Assembly: GCA_964057225.1 (NCBI GenBank)
Contig: OZ059895.1
Span: 9,920,001 to 9,984,000, forward strand
Length of the DNA: 64,000 nt
Source of the DNA: Auanema rhodensis
Lineage: Eukaryota; Animalia; Nematoda
Direction: 5' to 3'
The notes below the pieces were generated by a model. It searched no databases. It had not been told where the DNA came from and saw nothing but the letters and a program-made list of their open reading frames with translations. Position numbers and translations under genes: made by a program. This document shows, piece by piece, positions 26,144-38,800 of this stretch. Position 1 is the first letter of the stretch. Each line of letters begins with the position of its first letter.

Positions 26144-26162
26144 TGGCGACCACGGCAGGATT
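26144..26162 (+). other. Primer-binding site, tRNA-Arg
   Basis: TGGCGACCACGGCAGGATT is complementary to the tRNA-Arg 3' end (AATCCTGCCGTGGTCGCCA). Confidence 0.88.
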
Positions 26163-26197
26163 GATTCAGTTGATTACTGACAAGGAAAGTTTAAAAC

Positions 26198-26289
26198 AAA
26201 GGTTATATAGAACCGCCGGAGAAATAAATTCCGAAGAACACTGTGTTAAAGGTTATATAGAACCGCCGGAGAAATAAATTCCGAAGAAC
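26198..26289 (+). repeat. 42-bp direct repeat x2 (period 50) in the BEL 5' leader
   Basis: AAAGGTTATATAGAACCGCCGGAGAAATAAATTCCGAAGAAC at 26198-26239 and 26248-26289. Confidence 0.95.
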
Positions 26290-26388
26290 TCGTAGAAAAT
26301 CCGAGTTGACAAGAAATCACTTGTCAAGAAACAATAAGACGATAAAAATATCGCTGAATCTGAAATATCCATTGAGGAAGGCTAAAAT

Positions 26389-27400
26389 AATGTCCTCCGC
26401 TCAAAGATATATTCTCCAAATGGGGAGAGAATTAGAATTTTTGAATAAACTGAATTCTAAAGTTAAAAACTATAAGAAAATGACCGATTGCTCTGAATTG
26501 TCTGAGCCGGTAAATCAAATAATTGCGCAAGAGAATGAATGTGCAAGAGTTAAAAATTACTTGAATATTTTGGAGAATAAACTCCAATCAATTGAAACAA
26601 TTGAAATTAATTTTCAAAGAGTTTGTTAGCTTTTAGAAGAAGAGCACCAAAAAGAATTAAACAAAAAATTTACAAAATTCGAAGAAGGTGAAAAAGGAGA
26701 CATCCGTGGCAATGCCACGTTAATAATACTGGAATTGAATGACAAGTTGATATTCTTAAAAAATCTCATTGATAAAAACAAAGAAAAAATCAAAGATATG
26801 GAAATACAACTTGAATTACAACAACTTCGGGAAAGAGTTGAATATACAGAAGAAAAAGAATATGACAAACGAGGTACAAGAAAAACAAAACAGTTTACCC
26901 GATCAGGTAGTGCATGATCAGCATGTTAATGAAGTAAGACTGATTAACCAAATACTGCAAAGACCCGTATTAAAAACTCCAACCTTTGACGGTACTCCGG
27001 AAAAATTCCCTTTATTCTGGGATAGATTCATGAGAATGATTGATAACAATGAATTTTTCTCTATAAGTGAAAAAGTGAACTTCCTATGTGACTCCTTATC
27101 AGGTGAAGCCGAATATCTTCTTAGGGGAATTCCCGGTACCGAAGAAAACTATGAGTTTATGAAAAATTGTTTGAAGGAAGAATATTCCTCATACGCTGTT
27201 GATACAGCAACGCTGATCAACAAGTTGAATAAGGTGCCAAAAGCTTCAAGGCGAGCCGATAGTTGTGCTCAAACGCTAAGAGAGATAAAAGCTCTGTCAT
27301 ACAGTCAACAATCATCAAAGCAAAAACTGCACATGGCCAAAGTTTAAATGCAACAGCTGTCATGATGAACACAACATTTCAGTTTGTTACCAAAATAAAA
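26389..27400 (+). pseudogene. BEL/Pao gag (coiled-coil N-terminus, DUF1759-type capsid region, Cys/His knuckles)
   Basis: LKTPTFDGTPEKFPLFWDRF...EKVNFLCDSLSGEA. A shifted frame at ~27295 reads CHTVNNHQSKNCTWPKFKCNSCHDEHNISVC. Confidence 0.85.
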
Positions 27401-27549
27401 GAAATCAGAATAGAAATGGAGTCATCACCAACATTTCTTTACAAAGGGATAATGATGAAGAAAAGACCAGAAATAATCAAACAATTATTCCAAAGAAAGC
27501 ACATGAAGAACCCACAAGTTTAACCACAATTGTTAGTAATCATGACGTA

Positions 27550-28374
27550 GAAAAAGGCCAAATAATTTTACGAACAGCAAAAGCAAATTTGTTCAATTAC
27601 AATAGCGATAGTTATGAGAAAGTTAACATTATTTTTGATGATTGTTCTCAACGATCTTTTATCAGAGAAGATCTAGCAAAAAGGATGAAACTACCAGTTA
27701 AATCCAAACATAGAAAAACATTTCATGGTATTGGAGGAATGAAACATTCTCATGTTTCAAGTATAGTTAACCCAATATTCTATACTAAAGAGAAAAATTT
27801 AATTGTAACTGAAATGCTCACTAAACCAAAAATCAGTTCTCACATATATAGTCCTTATCTTTCAAGAAAGGATTTGAGTTTCATTAAAGAAAACAATATT
27901 ATATTAGCCAATACCGATACAAATGGGGAAGTTTTTGAATCGGATGTTTTGATTGGACAAGATAGATTAAAATTGTTTGTAAAAGACAATGAAGAATTCA
28001 GACTTCCCTCTGATCTTTTATGTAAAGGATCTGTATTTGAAACTCTTATAAATGGAGAAACTAAACTTGAAAAAATTGTAACTCTATGTAGCATAGAAGA
28101 GGAACAAAGTCATGAACCACTTCCAGAAACAAAACTGAAAGAGCTTTTCCTTATCGATACTATTGGAATAAGCACCATCGTAGATAACAATGCAGAAGCA
28201 GAGAATTATCTTAAAGAATATAGTAAAGAACTATCCATAAAAGCCGGGAAAATTGAAGCTCCCTTTCCATTTAAAAATTATTTGAATAAATTGAAAAATA
28301 ATAAATGGCCAGCTTTTCATAGATTTATGACATTATGGAGAAATCTACACTCTAATAAAGAACAACTAGAATAA
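27550..28374 (+). pseudogene. BEL/Pao aspartic protease (DUF1758-type) and linker
   Basis: IIFDDCSQRSFI (mutated DxGSQxSFI), FHGIGG and DVLIGQD. Confidence 0.85.
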
Positions 28375-28439
28375 AAAATTAATAAATGAATACATTCAAA
28401 AGGGAATTATCTAGCCAATTGTTGATGAATCAGCCGAAG

Positions 28440-29300
28440 ATGGATTTTTCTTACCACATCATGGAGTGTGGAGAAAAGAAAAAGCTCGACCTTTAAGAAT
28501 CGTGTTTGATGCTTCAGCAAAACAAAAAAATAGTCCATCGTTGAACCAAGTTATGCATTCAGGCCTAACATTTATTCACAAAATTCATGATATATTAATA
28601 AAATGTAGAAAAAGTCCAATAATAATAACCTGCGACATTGAGTCAGCATTTTTACAAATAAGTATTAAAGAAGAGCACAGAAAATATTGTAAATTTTTCT
28701 GGATTAGAAACGAAAATGAATCGGTAAATAAATATAACGTCATGACATACCAATTCAAACGGCTACCATTTGGTATAACAGCGTCCTCGGGTATATTAAG
28801 CATGAGCTTAGCTTGGTACCTCAATAATCATACCGACCCATACGCTAGTCACTTGCTCGATTCCTTATATGTTGACAATATAATTTTATATGCAAACAGT
28901 GTTGAAGAAGCTAAGATAAAATGCGAAAAAGCCAAGAAAATCTTACAAGGCATTTCTATGAATTTAAGAGAATTTATGAGCAACAATCCAAAAGTTACTG
29001 AAGATATGAACAATGAAGACAACTACCCACATAATACTACAAACTTTTGGGTTTAAATTATGATACGAAATTAGATTTATTCGTTCTTATACTTAAATTA
29101 AAGAAATTTGAAATCAACACGCACAGGAACATGTTAAGTCAAATACATTCAATATTTGATCCATAAGGTATGGAAAGCCCATTGATTTTACCATTAAAGT
29201 TATTATTAAGAGAATCAAGTGATCAATTTAAGGGTTGGGATGTTGAATTACCCAAAGAAATAACACATAAATGGAATTTAGCCATAAATGAATTATCGGA
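28440..29300 (+). pseudogene. BEL/Pao reverse transcriptase and start of the RNase H / peptidase-A17-type region
   Basis: LPHHGV, RIVFDAS, SLN, DIESAFLQI, RLPFG and YVDN; then LGLNYD, RNMLSQIHSIFDP*G and GWD. Confidence 0.92.
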
Positions 29301-29889
29301 TTCATGTTAGTTATGTAATTTTCCACGTTCCATCTGGATCCCTCGATGATATCGAATCTTATGAGCTTCAAATACAATAAATTAAAAAAGGTTTTACAGT
29401 TGTATAATGTTTAAACAATGTTTGTTTCGATAGAAAATAGATAGAAACAGTAAAGTGAAGATGAAGGTTTAATAACTACTGGTTTATAACTGTAATATAG
29501 AAATAAGATTGAAGATGATTTGCTCTGCTTTGGTTGAGCTATCTAAGTAAAACTGCTTGAAAATTGGAAACATTTGTTACGGAAGAGATAAAATTGAAAA
29601 TCAGCTGTATGGCGTACTTTTTACGTGGTATGGTCGTAAGCGAAAATATCTGATATTCAATGGTTTACCTACTTATCCTCGTTATAGTTTTTTTTCCAAT
29701 TTCATGTTAGTTATGTAATTTTTTACGTTTCATCTGGATCCCTCAATGATATCAAATCTTATGAGCTCCAAATACAATAAATTAAAAAAGGTTTCATAGT
29801 TGCATAGTGTTTAAACAATGTTTGTTTTGATAGAAAATAGATAGAAACAGTAAAGTTAAGATGAAGGTTCATTAACTACTGGTTTATAA
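29301..29889 (-). repeat. ~1.5 satellite monomers in inverted orientation
   Basis: Reverse complement of the monomer, including the 5S nt 1-33 block (~29609-29641). Confidence 0.96.
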
Positions 29890-32800
29890 AAAAACCATAA
29901 CGAGGATAAGTAGGTAAACCATTGAAAATCAGATATTTTCGCTTACGACTATAACACGTTAAAAGTACGCCATACAGCTGATTTTCAATTTTGTCTCTTC
30001 CGTAACAAATGTTTTCAATTTGCAAGCACTTTTACTTGGATAACTCAACCAAAGGAAAGCAAAATATCTTCAATCTTATTTCCATATTACAGTCATAAAC
30101 CAGTAGGTAATAAAACTTCATCTTGAATTTACTGTTTCTATCTATTTCCTATCGAAACAAACATTGTTTAAACACTATACAACTGTAAAACCTTTTTTAA
30201 TTTATTGTATTTGAAGCTCATAAGATTTGATATCATCGAGGGATCCAGATGGAAGGTGGAAAATTACATAACTAACATGAAATTGGAAAAAAAACTATAA
30301 CAAGGATAAGTAGGTAAACCATTGAATATCAGATATTTTCGCTTACGACTATACCACGTTAAAAGTACGCCATACAGCTGATTTTCAATTTTATCTCTTC
30401 CGTAACAAATGTTTTCAATTTTCAAGCAGTTTTACTTAGATAGCTCAACCAAAGGAGAGCAAATTATCTTCAATCTTATTTCTATATTACAGTTATAAAC
30501 CAGAGGTTATTGAACCTTCATCTTAACTTTACTGTTTCTATCTATTTCCTATCAAAACAAACATTGTTTAAACACTATGCAACTATGAAACCTTTTTTAA
30601 TTTATTGTATTTGGAGCTCATAAGATTTGATATCATTGAGGGATCCAGATGAAACGTGGAAAATTACATAACTAACATGAAATTGGAAAAAAAACTATAA
30701 CGGGGATGAGTATGTTAACCATTGAATATCAGATAATTTCTCTTACGACCATACTACGTTGAAAGTACGCCATACAGCTGATTTTCATTTTTATCTCTTC
30801 CGTAACAAATGTTTTCAATTTTCAAGCAGTTTTACTTAGATAGCTCAACCAAAGGAGAGCAAATTATCTTCAATCTTATTTCTATATTACAGTTATAAAC
30901 CAGAGGTTATTGAACCTTCATCTTAACTTTACTGTTTCTATCTATTTCCTATCAAAACAAACATTGTTTAAACACTATGCAACTATGAAACCTTTTTTAA
31001 TTTATTGTATTTGGAGCTCATAAGATTTGATATCATTGAGGGATCCAGATGAAACGTGGAAAATTACATAACTAACATGAAATTGGAAAAAAAACTATAA
31101 CAAGGATAAGTAGGTAAACCATTGAATATCAGATATTTTCGCTTACGACTATACCACGTTAAAAGTACGCCATACAGCTGATTTTCAATTTTATCTCTTC
31201 CGTAACAAATGTTTTCAATTTTCAAGCTCTTTTACTTGGATAGCTCAACCAAAGGAAAGCAAATTATCTTCAATTTTTTTTCTATATTACAGTTATAAAC
31301 CAGTAGGTAATGAACCTTCATCTTGACTTTACTGTTTCCATCCATTTCCTTTTGAAACAAACATTGTTTAAACACTATACAACTGTGAAACCTTTTTTTA
31401 TTTATTGTATTTGGAGCTCATAAAATTTGATATCATCGAGGGATCCAGATGGAAGGTGGAAAATTACATAACTAACATGAAATTGGAAAAAAAACTATAA
31501 CGGGGATAAGTATGTTAACGATTGAATGTCAGATATTTTCGCTTACGACCATACCACCTTGAAAGTACGCCATACAGCTGATTTTCAATTTTATCTCTTC
31601 CGTAACAAATGTTTTCAATTTTCAAGCAGTTTTACTTAGATAGCTCAACCAAAGGAGAGCAAATTATCTTCAATCTTATTTCTATATTACAGTTATAAAC
31701 CAGTAGTTATTGAACCTTCATCTTAACTTTACTGTTTCTATCTATTTCCAATCAAAACAAACATTGTTTAAACACTATACAACTGTAAAACCTTTTTTTA
31801 TTTATTGTATTTGGAGCTCATAAAATTTGATATCATCGAGGGATCCAGATGGAAGGTGGAAAATTACATAACTAACATGAAATTGGAAAAAAAACTATAA
31901 CGGGGATAAGTATGTTAACGATTGAATGTCAGATATTTTCGCTTACGACCATACCACCTTGAAAGTACGCCATACAGCTGATTTTCAATTTTATCTCTTC
32001 CGTAACAAATGTTTTCAATTTTCAAGCAGTTTTACTTAGATAGCTCAACCAAAGGAGAGCAAATTTTCTTCAATCTTATTTCTATATTAAAGTTATAAAC
32101 CAGTAGTTATTGAACCTTCATCTTAACTTTACTGTTTCTATCTATTTCCTATCAAAACAAACATTATTTAAACATTATGCAACTATGAAACTATTTTTAT
32201 ATATTGTATTTAGAGCTCATAAGATTTAATATCATCGAGGGATCCAAATGGAACGTGGAAAATTACATAACTAACAAGAAATTGGAAAAAAAACTATAAC
32301 GAGGATAAGTAGGTAAACCATTGAATATCAGATATTTTGGCTTACGACCATACCACGTTAAAAGTACGCCATACAGCTGATTTTCAATTTTATCTCTTCC
32401 GTAATAAATGTTTTCAATTTTCAAGCAGTTTAATTTAGATAGCTCAACCAAAGAAGAGCAAAATATCTTCAATCTTATTTCCATATTACAGTCATAAACC
32501 AGTAGGTAATAAAACTTCATCTTGAATTTACTGTTTCTATCTATTTCCTATCGAAACAAACATTGTTTAAACACTATACAACTGTAAAACCTTTTTTAAT
32601 TTATTGTATTTGAAGCTCATAAGATTTGATATCATCGAGGGATCCAGATGGAAGGTGGAAAATTACATAACTAACATGAAATTGGAAAAAAAACTATAAC
32701 GGGGATAAGTATGTTAACGATTGAATATCAGATATTTTCGCTTACGACCATACCACCTTGAAAGTACGCCATACAGCTGATTTTCAATTTTATCTCTTCC

Positions 32801-35800
32801 GTAACAAATGTTTTCAATTTTCAAGCAGTTTTACTTAGATAGCTCAACCAAAGGAGAGCAAATTATCTTCAATCTTATTTCTATATTACAGTTATAAACC
32901 AGTAGTTATTGAACCTTCATCTTAACTTTACTGTTTCTATCTATTTCCAATCAAAACAAACATTGTTTAAACACTATACAACTGTAAAACCTTTTTTAAT
33001 TTATTGTATTTGAAGCTCATAAGATTTGATATCATCGAGGGATCCAGATGGAACGTGAAAAATTACATAACTAACATGAAATTGGAAGAAAAACTATAAC
33101 AAGGATAAGTAGGTAAACCATTGAATATCAGATATTTTCGCTTACGACTATACCACGTTAAAAGTACGCCATACAGCTGATTTTCAATTTTATCTCTTCC
33201 GTAACAAATGTTTTCAATTTTCAAGCAGTTTTACTTAGATAGCTCAACCAAAGGAGAGCAAATTATCTTCAATCTTATTTCTATATTACAGTTATAAACC
33301 AGAGGTTATTGAACCTTCATCTTAACTTTACTGTTTCTATCTATTTCCTATCAAAACAAACATTGTTTAAACACTATGCAACTATGAAACCTTTTTTAAT
33401 TTATTGTATTTGGAGCTCATAAGATTTGATATCATTGAGGGATCCAGATGAAACGTGGAAAATTACATAACTAACATGAAATTGGAAAAAAAACTATAAC
33501 GGGGATGAGTATGTTAACCATTGAATATCAGATAATTTCTCTTACGACCATACTACGTTGAAAGTACGCCATACAGCTGATTTTCATTTTTATCTCTTCC
33601 GTAACAAATGTTTTCAATTTTCAAGCAGTTTTACTTAGATAGCTCAACCAAAGGAGAGCAAATTATCTTCAATCTTATTTCTATATTACAGTTATAAACC
33701 AGAGGTTATTGAACCTTCATCTTAACTTTACTGTTTCTATCTATTTCCTATCAAAACAAACATTGTTTAAACACTATGCAACTATGAAACCTTTTTTAAT
33801 TTATTGTATTTGGAGCTCATAAGATTTGATATCATTGAGGGATCCAGATGAAACGTGGAAAATTACATAACTAACATGAAATTGGAAAAAAAACTATAAC
33901 AAGGATAAGTAGGTAAACCATTGAATATCAGATATTTTCGCTTACGACTATACCACGTTAAAAGTACGCCATACAGCTGATTTTCAATTTTATCTCTTCC
34001 GTAACAAATGTTTTCAATTTTCAAGCTCTTTTACTTGGATAGCTCAACCAAAGGAAAGCAAATTATCTTCAATTTTATTTCTATATTACAGTTATAAACC
34101 AGTAGGTAATGAACCTTCATCTTGACTTTACTGTTTCCATCCATTTCCTTTTGAAACAAACATTGTTTAAACACTATACAACTGTGAAACCTTTTTTTAT
34201 TTATTGTATTTGGAGCTCATAAAATTTGATATCATCGAGGGATCCAGATGGAAGGTGGAAAATTACATAACTAACATGAAATTGGAAAAAAAACTATAAC
34301 GGGGATAAGTATGTTAACGATTGAATGTCAGATATTTTCGCTTACGACCATACCACCTTGAAAGTACGCCATACAGCTGATTTTCAATTTTATCTCTTCC
34401 GTAACAAATGTTTTCAATTTTCAAGCAGTTTTACTTAGATAGCTCAACCAAAGGAGAGCAAATTTTCTTCAATCTTATTTCTATATTAAAGTTATAAACC
34501 AGTAGTTATTGAACCTTCATCTTAACTTTACTGTTTCTATCTATTTCCTATCAAAACAAACATTATTTAAACATTATGCAACTATGAAACTATTTTTATA
34601 TATTGTATTTAGAGCTCATAAGATTTAATATCATCGAGGGATCCAAATGGAACGTGGAAAATTACATAACTAACAAGAAATTGGAAAAAAAACTATAACG
34701 AGGATAAGTAGGTAAACCATTGAATATCAGATATTTTGGCTTACGACCATACCACGTTAAAAGTACGCCATACAGCTGATTTTCAATTTTATCTCTTCCG
34801 TAATAAATGTTTTCAATTTTCAAGCAGTTTAATTTAGATAGCTCAACCAAAGAAGAGCAAAATATCTTCAATCTTATTTCCATATTACAGTCATAAACCA
34901 GTAGGTAATAAAACTTCATCTTGAATTTACTGTTTCTATCTATTTCCTATCGAAACAAACATTGTTTAAACACTATACAACTGTAAAACCTTTTTTAATT
35001 TATTGTATTTGAAGCTCATAAGATTTGATATCATCGAGGGATCCAGATGGAAGGTGGAAAATTACATAACTAACATGAAATTGGAAAAAAAACTATAACG
35101 GGGATAAGTATGTTAACGATTGAATATCAGATATTTTCGCTTACGACCATACCACCTTGAAAGTACGCCATACAGCTGATTTTCAATTTTATCTCTTCCG
35201 TAACAAATGTTTTCAATTTTCAAGCAGTTTTACTTAGATAGCTCAACCAAAGGAGAGCAAATTATCTTCAATCTTATTTCTATATTACAGTTATAAACCA
35301 GTAGTTATTGAACCTTCATCTTAACTTTACTGTTTCTATCTATTTCCAATCAAAACAAACATTGTTTAAACACTATACAACTGTAAAACCTTTTTTAATT
35401 TATTGTATTTGAAGCTCATAAGATTTGATATCATCGAGGGATCCAGATGGAAGGTGGAAAATTACATAACTAACATGAAATTGGAGAAAAACCATAACGA
35501 GGTTAAGTAGGTAAACCATTGAATATCAGAAATTTTCTCTTACGACCATACCACGTTGAAAGTACGCCATGCAACTGATTTTCAATTTTATCTTTTCCGT
35601 AACAAATGTTTTCAATTTTCAAGCACTTTTACTTGGATAGCTCAACCAAAGCAAAGCAAATTATCTTTAATTTTATTTCTATATTACAGTTATAAACCAG
35701 TAGGTAATGAACCTTCATCTTGACTTTACTGTTTCCATCCATTTCCTTTTGAAACAAACATTGTTTAAACACTATACAACTGTGAAACCTTTTTTTATTT

Positions 35801-38800
35801 ATTGTATTTGGAGCTCATAAAATTTGATATCATCGAGGGATCCAGATGGAAGGTGGAAAATTACATAACTAACATGAAATTGGAAAAAAAACTATAACGG
35901 GGATAAGTATGTTAACGATTGAATGTCAGATATTTTCGCTTACGACCATATCACCTTGAAAGTACGCCATACAGCTGATTTTCAATTTTATCTCTTCCGT
36001 AACAAATGTTTTCAATTTTCAAGCAGTTTTACTTAGATAGCTCAACCAAAGGAGAGCAAATTTTCTTCAATCTTATTTCTATATTAAAGTTATAAACCAG
36101 TAGTTATTGAACCTTCATCTTAACTTTACTGTTTCTATCTATTTCCTATCAAAACAAACATTATTTAAACATTATGCAACTATGAAACTATTTTTATATA
36201 TTGTATTTAGAGCTCATAAGATTTAATATCATCGAGGGATCCAAATGGAACGTGGAAAATTACATAACTAACAAGAAATTGGAAAAAAAACTATAACGAG
36301 GATAAGTAGGTAAACCATTGAATATCAGATATTTTGGCTTACGACCATACCACGTTAAAAGTACGCCATACAGCTGATTTTCAATTTTATCTCTTCCGTA
36401 ATAAATGTTTTCAATTTTCAAGCAGTTTAATTTAGATAGCTCAACCAAAGAAGAGCAAAATATCTTCAATCTTATTTCCATATTACAGTCATAAACCAGT
36501 AGGTAATAAAACTTCATCTTGAATTTACTGTTTCTATCTATTTCCTATCGAAACAAACATTGTTTAAACACTATACAACTGTAAAACCTTTTTTAATTTA
36601 TTGTATTTGAAGCTCATAAGATTTGATATCATCGAGGGATCCAGATGGAAGGTGGAAAATTACATAACTAACATGAAATTGGAAAAAAAACTATAACGGG
36701 GATAAGTATGTTAACGATTGAATATCAGATATTTTCGCTTACGACCATACCACCTTGAAAGTACGCCATACAGCTGATTTTCAATTTTATCTCTTCCGTA
36801 ACAAATGTTTTCAATTTTCAAGCAGTTTTACTTAGATAGCTCAACCAAAGGAGAGCAAATTATCTTCAATCTTATTTCTATATTACAGTTATAAACCAGT
36901 AGTTATTGAACCTTCATCTTAACTTTACTGTTTCTATCTATTTCCAATCAAAACAAACATTGTTTAAACACTATACAACTGTAAAACCTTTTTTAATTTA
37001 TTGTATTTGAAGCTCATAAGATTTGATATCATCGAGGGATCCAGATGGAAGGTGGAAAATTACATAACTAACATGAAATTGGAGAAAAACCATAACGAGG
37101 TTAAGTAGGTAAACCATTGAATATCAGAAATTTTCTCTTACGACCATACCACGTTGAAAGTACGCCATGCAACTGATTTTCAATTTTATCTTTTCCGTAA
37201 CAAATGTTTTCAATTTTCAAGCACTTTTACTTAGATAGCTCAACCAAAGCAAAGCAAATTATCTTTAATTTTATTTCTATATTACAGTTATAAACCAGTA
37301 GTTAATGAAAATTCATCTTGAATTTACTGTTTCTATCTATTTCCTATCAAAACAAACATTGTTTAAACACTATGCAACTATGAAACCTTTCTTAATTTAT
37401 TGTATTTGGAGCTCATAAGATTTGATATCATTGAGGGATACAGATGAAACGTGGAAAATTACATAACTAACATGAAATTAGAAAAAAAACTATAACGGGG
37501 ATGAGTATGTTAACCATTGAATATCAGATATTTTCGCTTACGACCATACCACGTTGAAAGTACGCCATACAGCTGATTTTCAATTTTATCTCTTCCGTAA
37601 CAAATGTTTCCAATTTTCAAGCAGTTTTACTTAGATAGCTCAACCAAAGGAGAGCAAATTATCTTCAATCTTATTTCTATATTACAGTTATAAACCAGTA
37701 GTTATTGAACCTTCATCTTAACTTTACTGTTTCTATCTATTTCCTATCGAAAGCAACTTTGTTCAAACACTATACAACTGTGAAACCTTTTTTAATTTCT
37801 TGTATTTGGAGCTCATAAGATTTGATATCATCGAGGGATCCAGATAGAACGTGGAAAATTACATAACTAACATGAAATTGGAAAAAAACCATAACGAGGT
37901 TAAGTAGGTAAACCATTGAATATCAGATATTTTCTCTTACGACCATACCACGTTGAAAGTACGCCATGCAACTGATTTTCAATTTTATCTTTTCCGTAAC
38001 AAATGTTTTCAATTTTCAAGCACTTTTACTTAGATAGCTCAACCAAAGCAAAGCAAAATATCTTCAATTTTATTTCTATATTACAGTTATAAACCAGTAG
38101 GTAATGAAACTTCATCTTGAATTTACTGTTTCTATCTATTTCCTATCGAAACAAACATTGTTTAAACACTATACAACTGTAAAACCTTTTCTTATTTAAT
38201 GTATTTGAAGCTCATAAGATTTGATATCATCGAGGGATCCAGATGGAACGTGAAAAATTACATAACTAACATGAAATTGGAAAAAAAACTATAACAAGGA
38301 TAAGTAGGTAAACCATTGAATATCAGATATTTTCGCTTACGACTATACCACGTTAAAAGTACGCCATACAGCTGATTTTCAATTTTATCTCTTCCGTAAC
38401 AAATGTTTTGAATTTTCAAGCAGTTTTACTTAGATAGCTCAACCAAAGGAGAGCAAATTATCTTCAATCTTATTTCTATATTACAGTTATAAACCAGAGG
38501 TTATTGAACCTTCATCTTAACTTTACTGTTTCTATCTATTTCCTATCAAAACAAACATTGTTTAAACACTATGCAACTATGAAACCTTTTTTAATTTATT
38601 GTATTTGGAGCTCATAAGATTTGATATCATTGAGGGATCCAGATGAAACGTGGTAAATTACATAACTAACATGAATTTGGAAAAAAAACTATAACGGGGA
38701 TGAGTATGTTAACCATTGAATATCAGATAATTTCTCTTACGACCATACTACGTTGAAAGTACGCCATACAGCTGATTTTCATTTTTATCTCTTCCGTAAC

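Larger units (their letters stand above)
25813..29300 (+). mobile_element. BEL/Pao LTR retrotransposon, 3'-truncated and decayed
   Basis: LTR, PBS, gag, protease, RT and start of RNase H are in canonical order. It has frameshifts and stops and is cut off by inverted satellite. Confidence 0.93.

Noticed and set aside
20450-28824. Antisense ORFs (20450, 22026, 24593, 26626, 27855, 28585)
   Set aside because: They are shadows of retroelement coding frames on the opposite strand.
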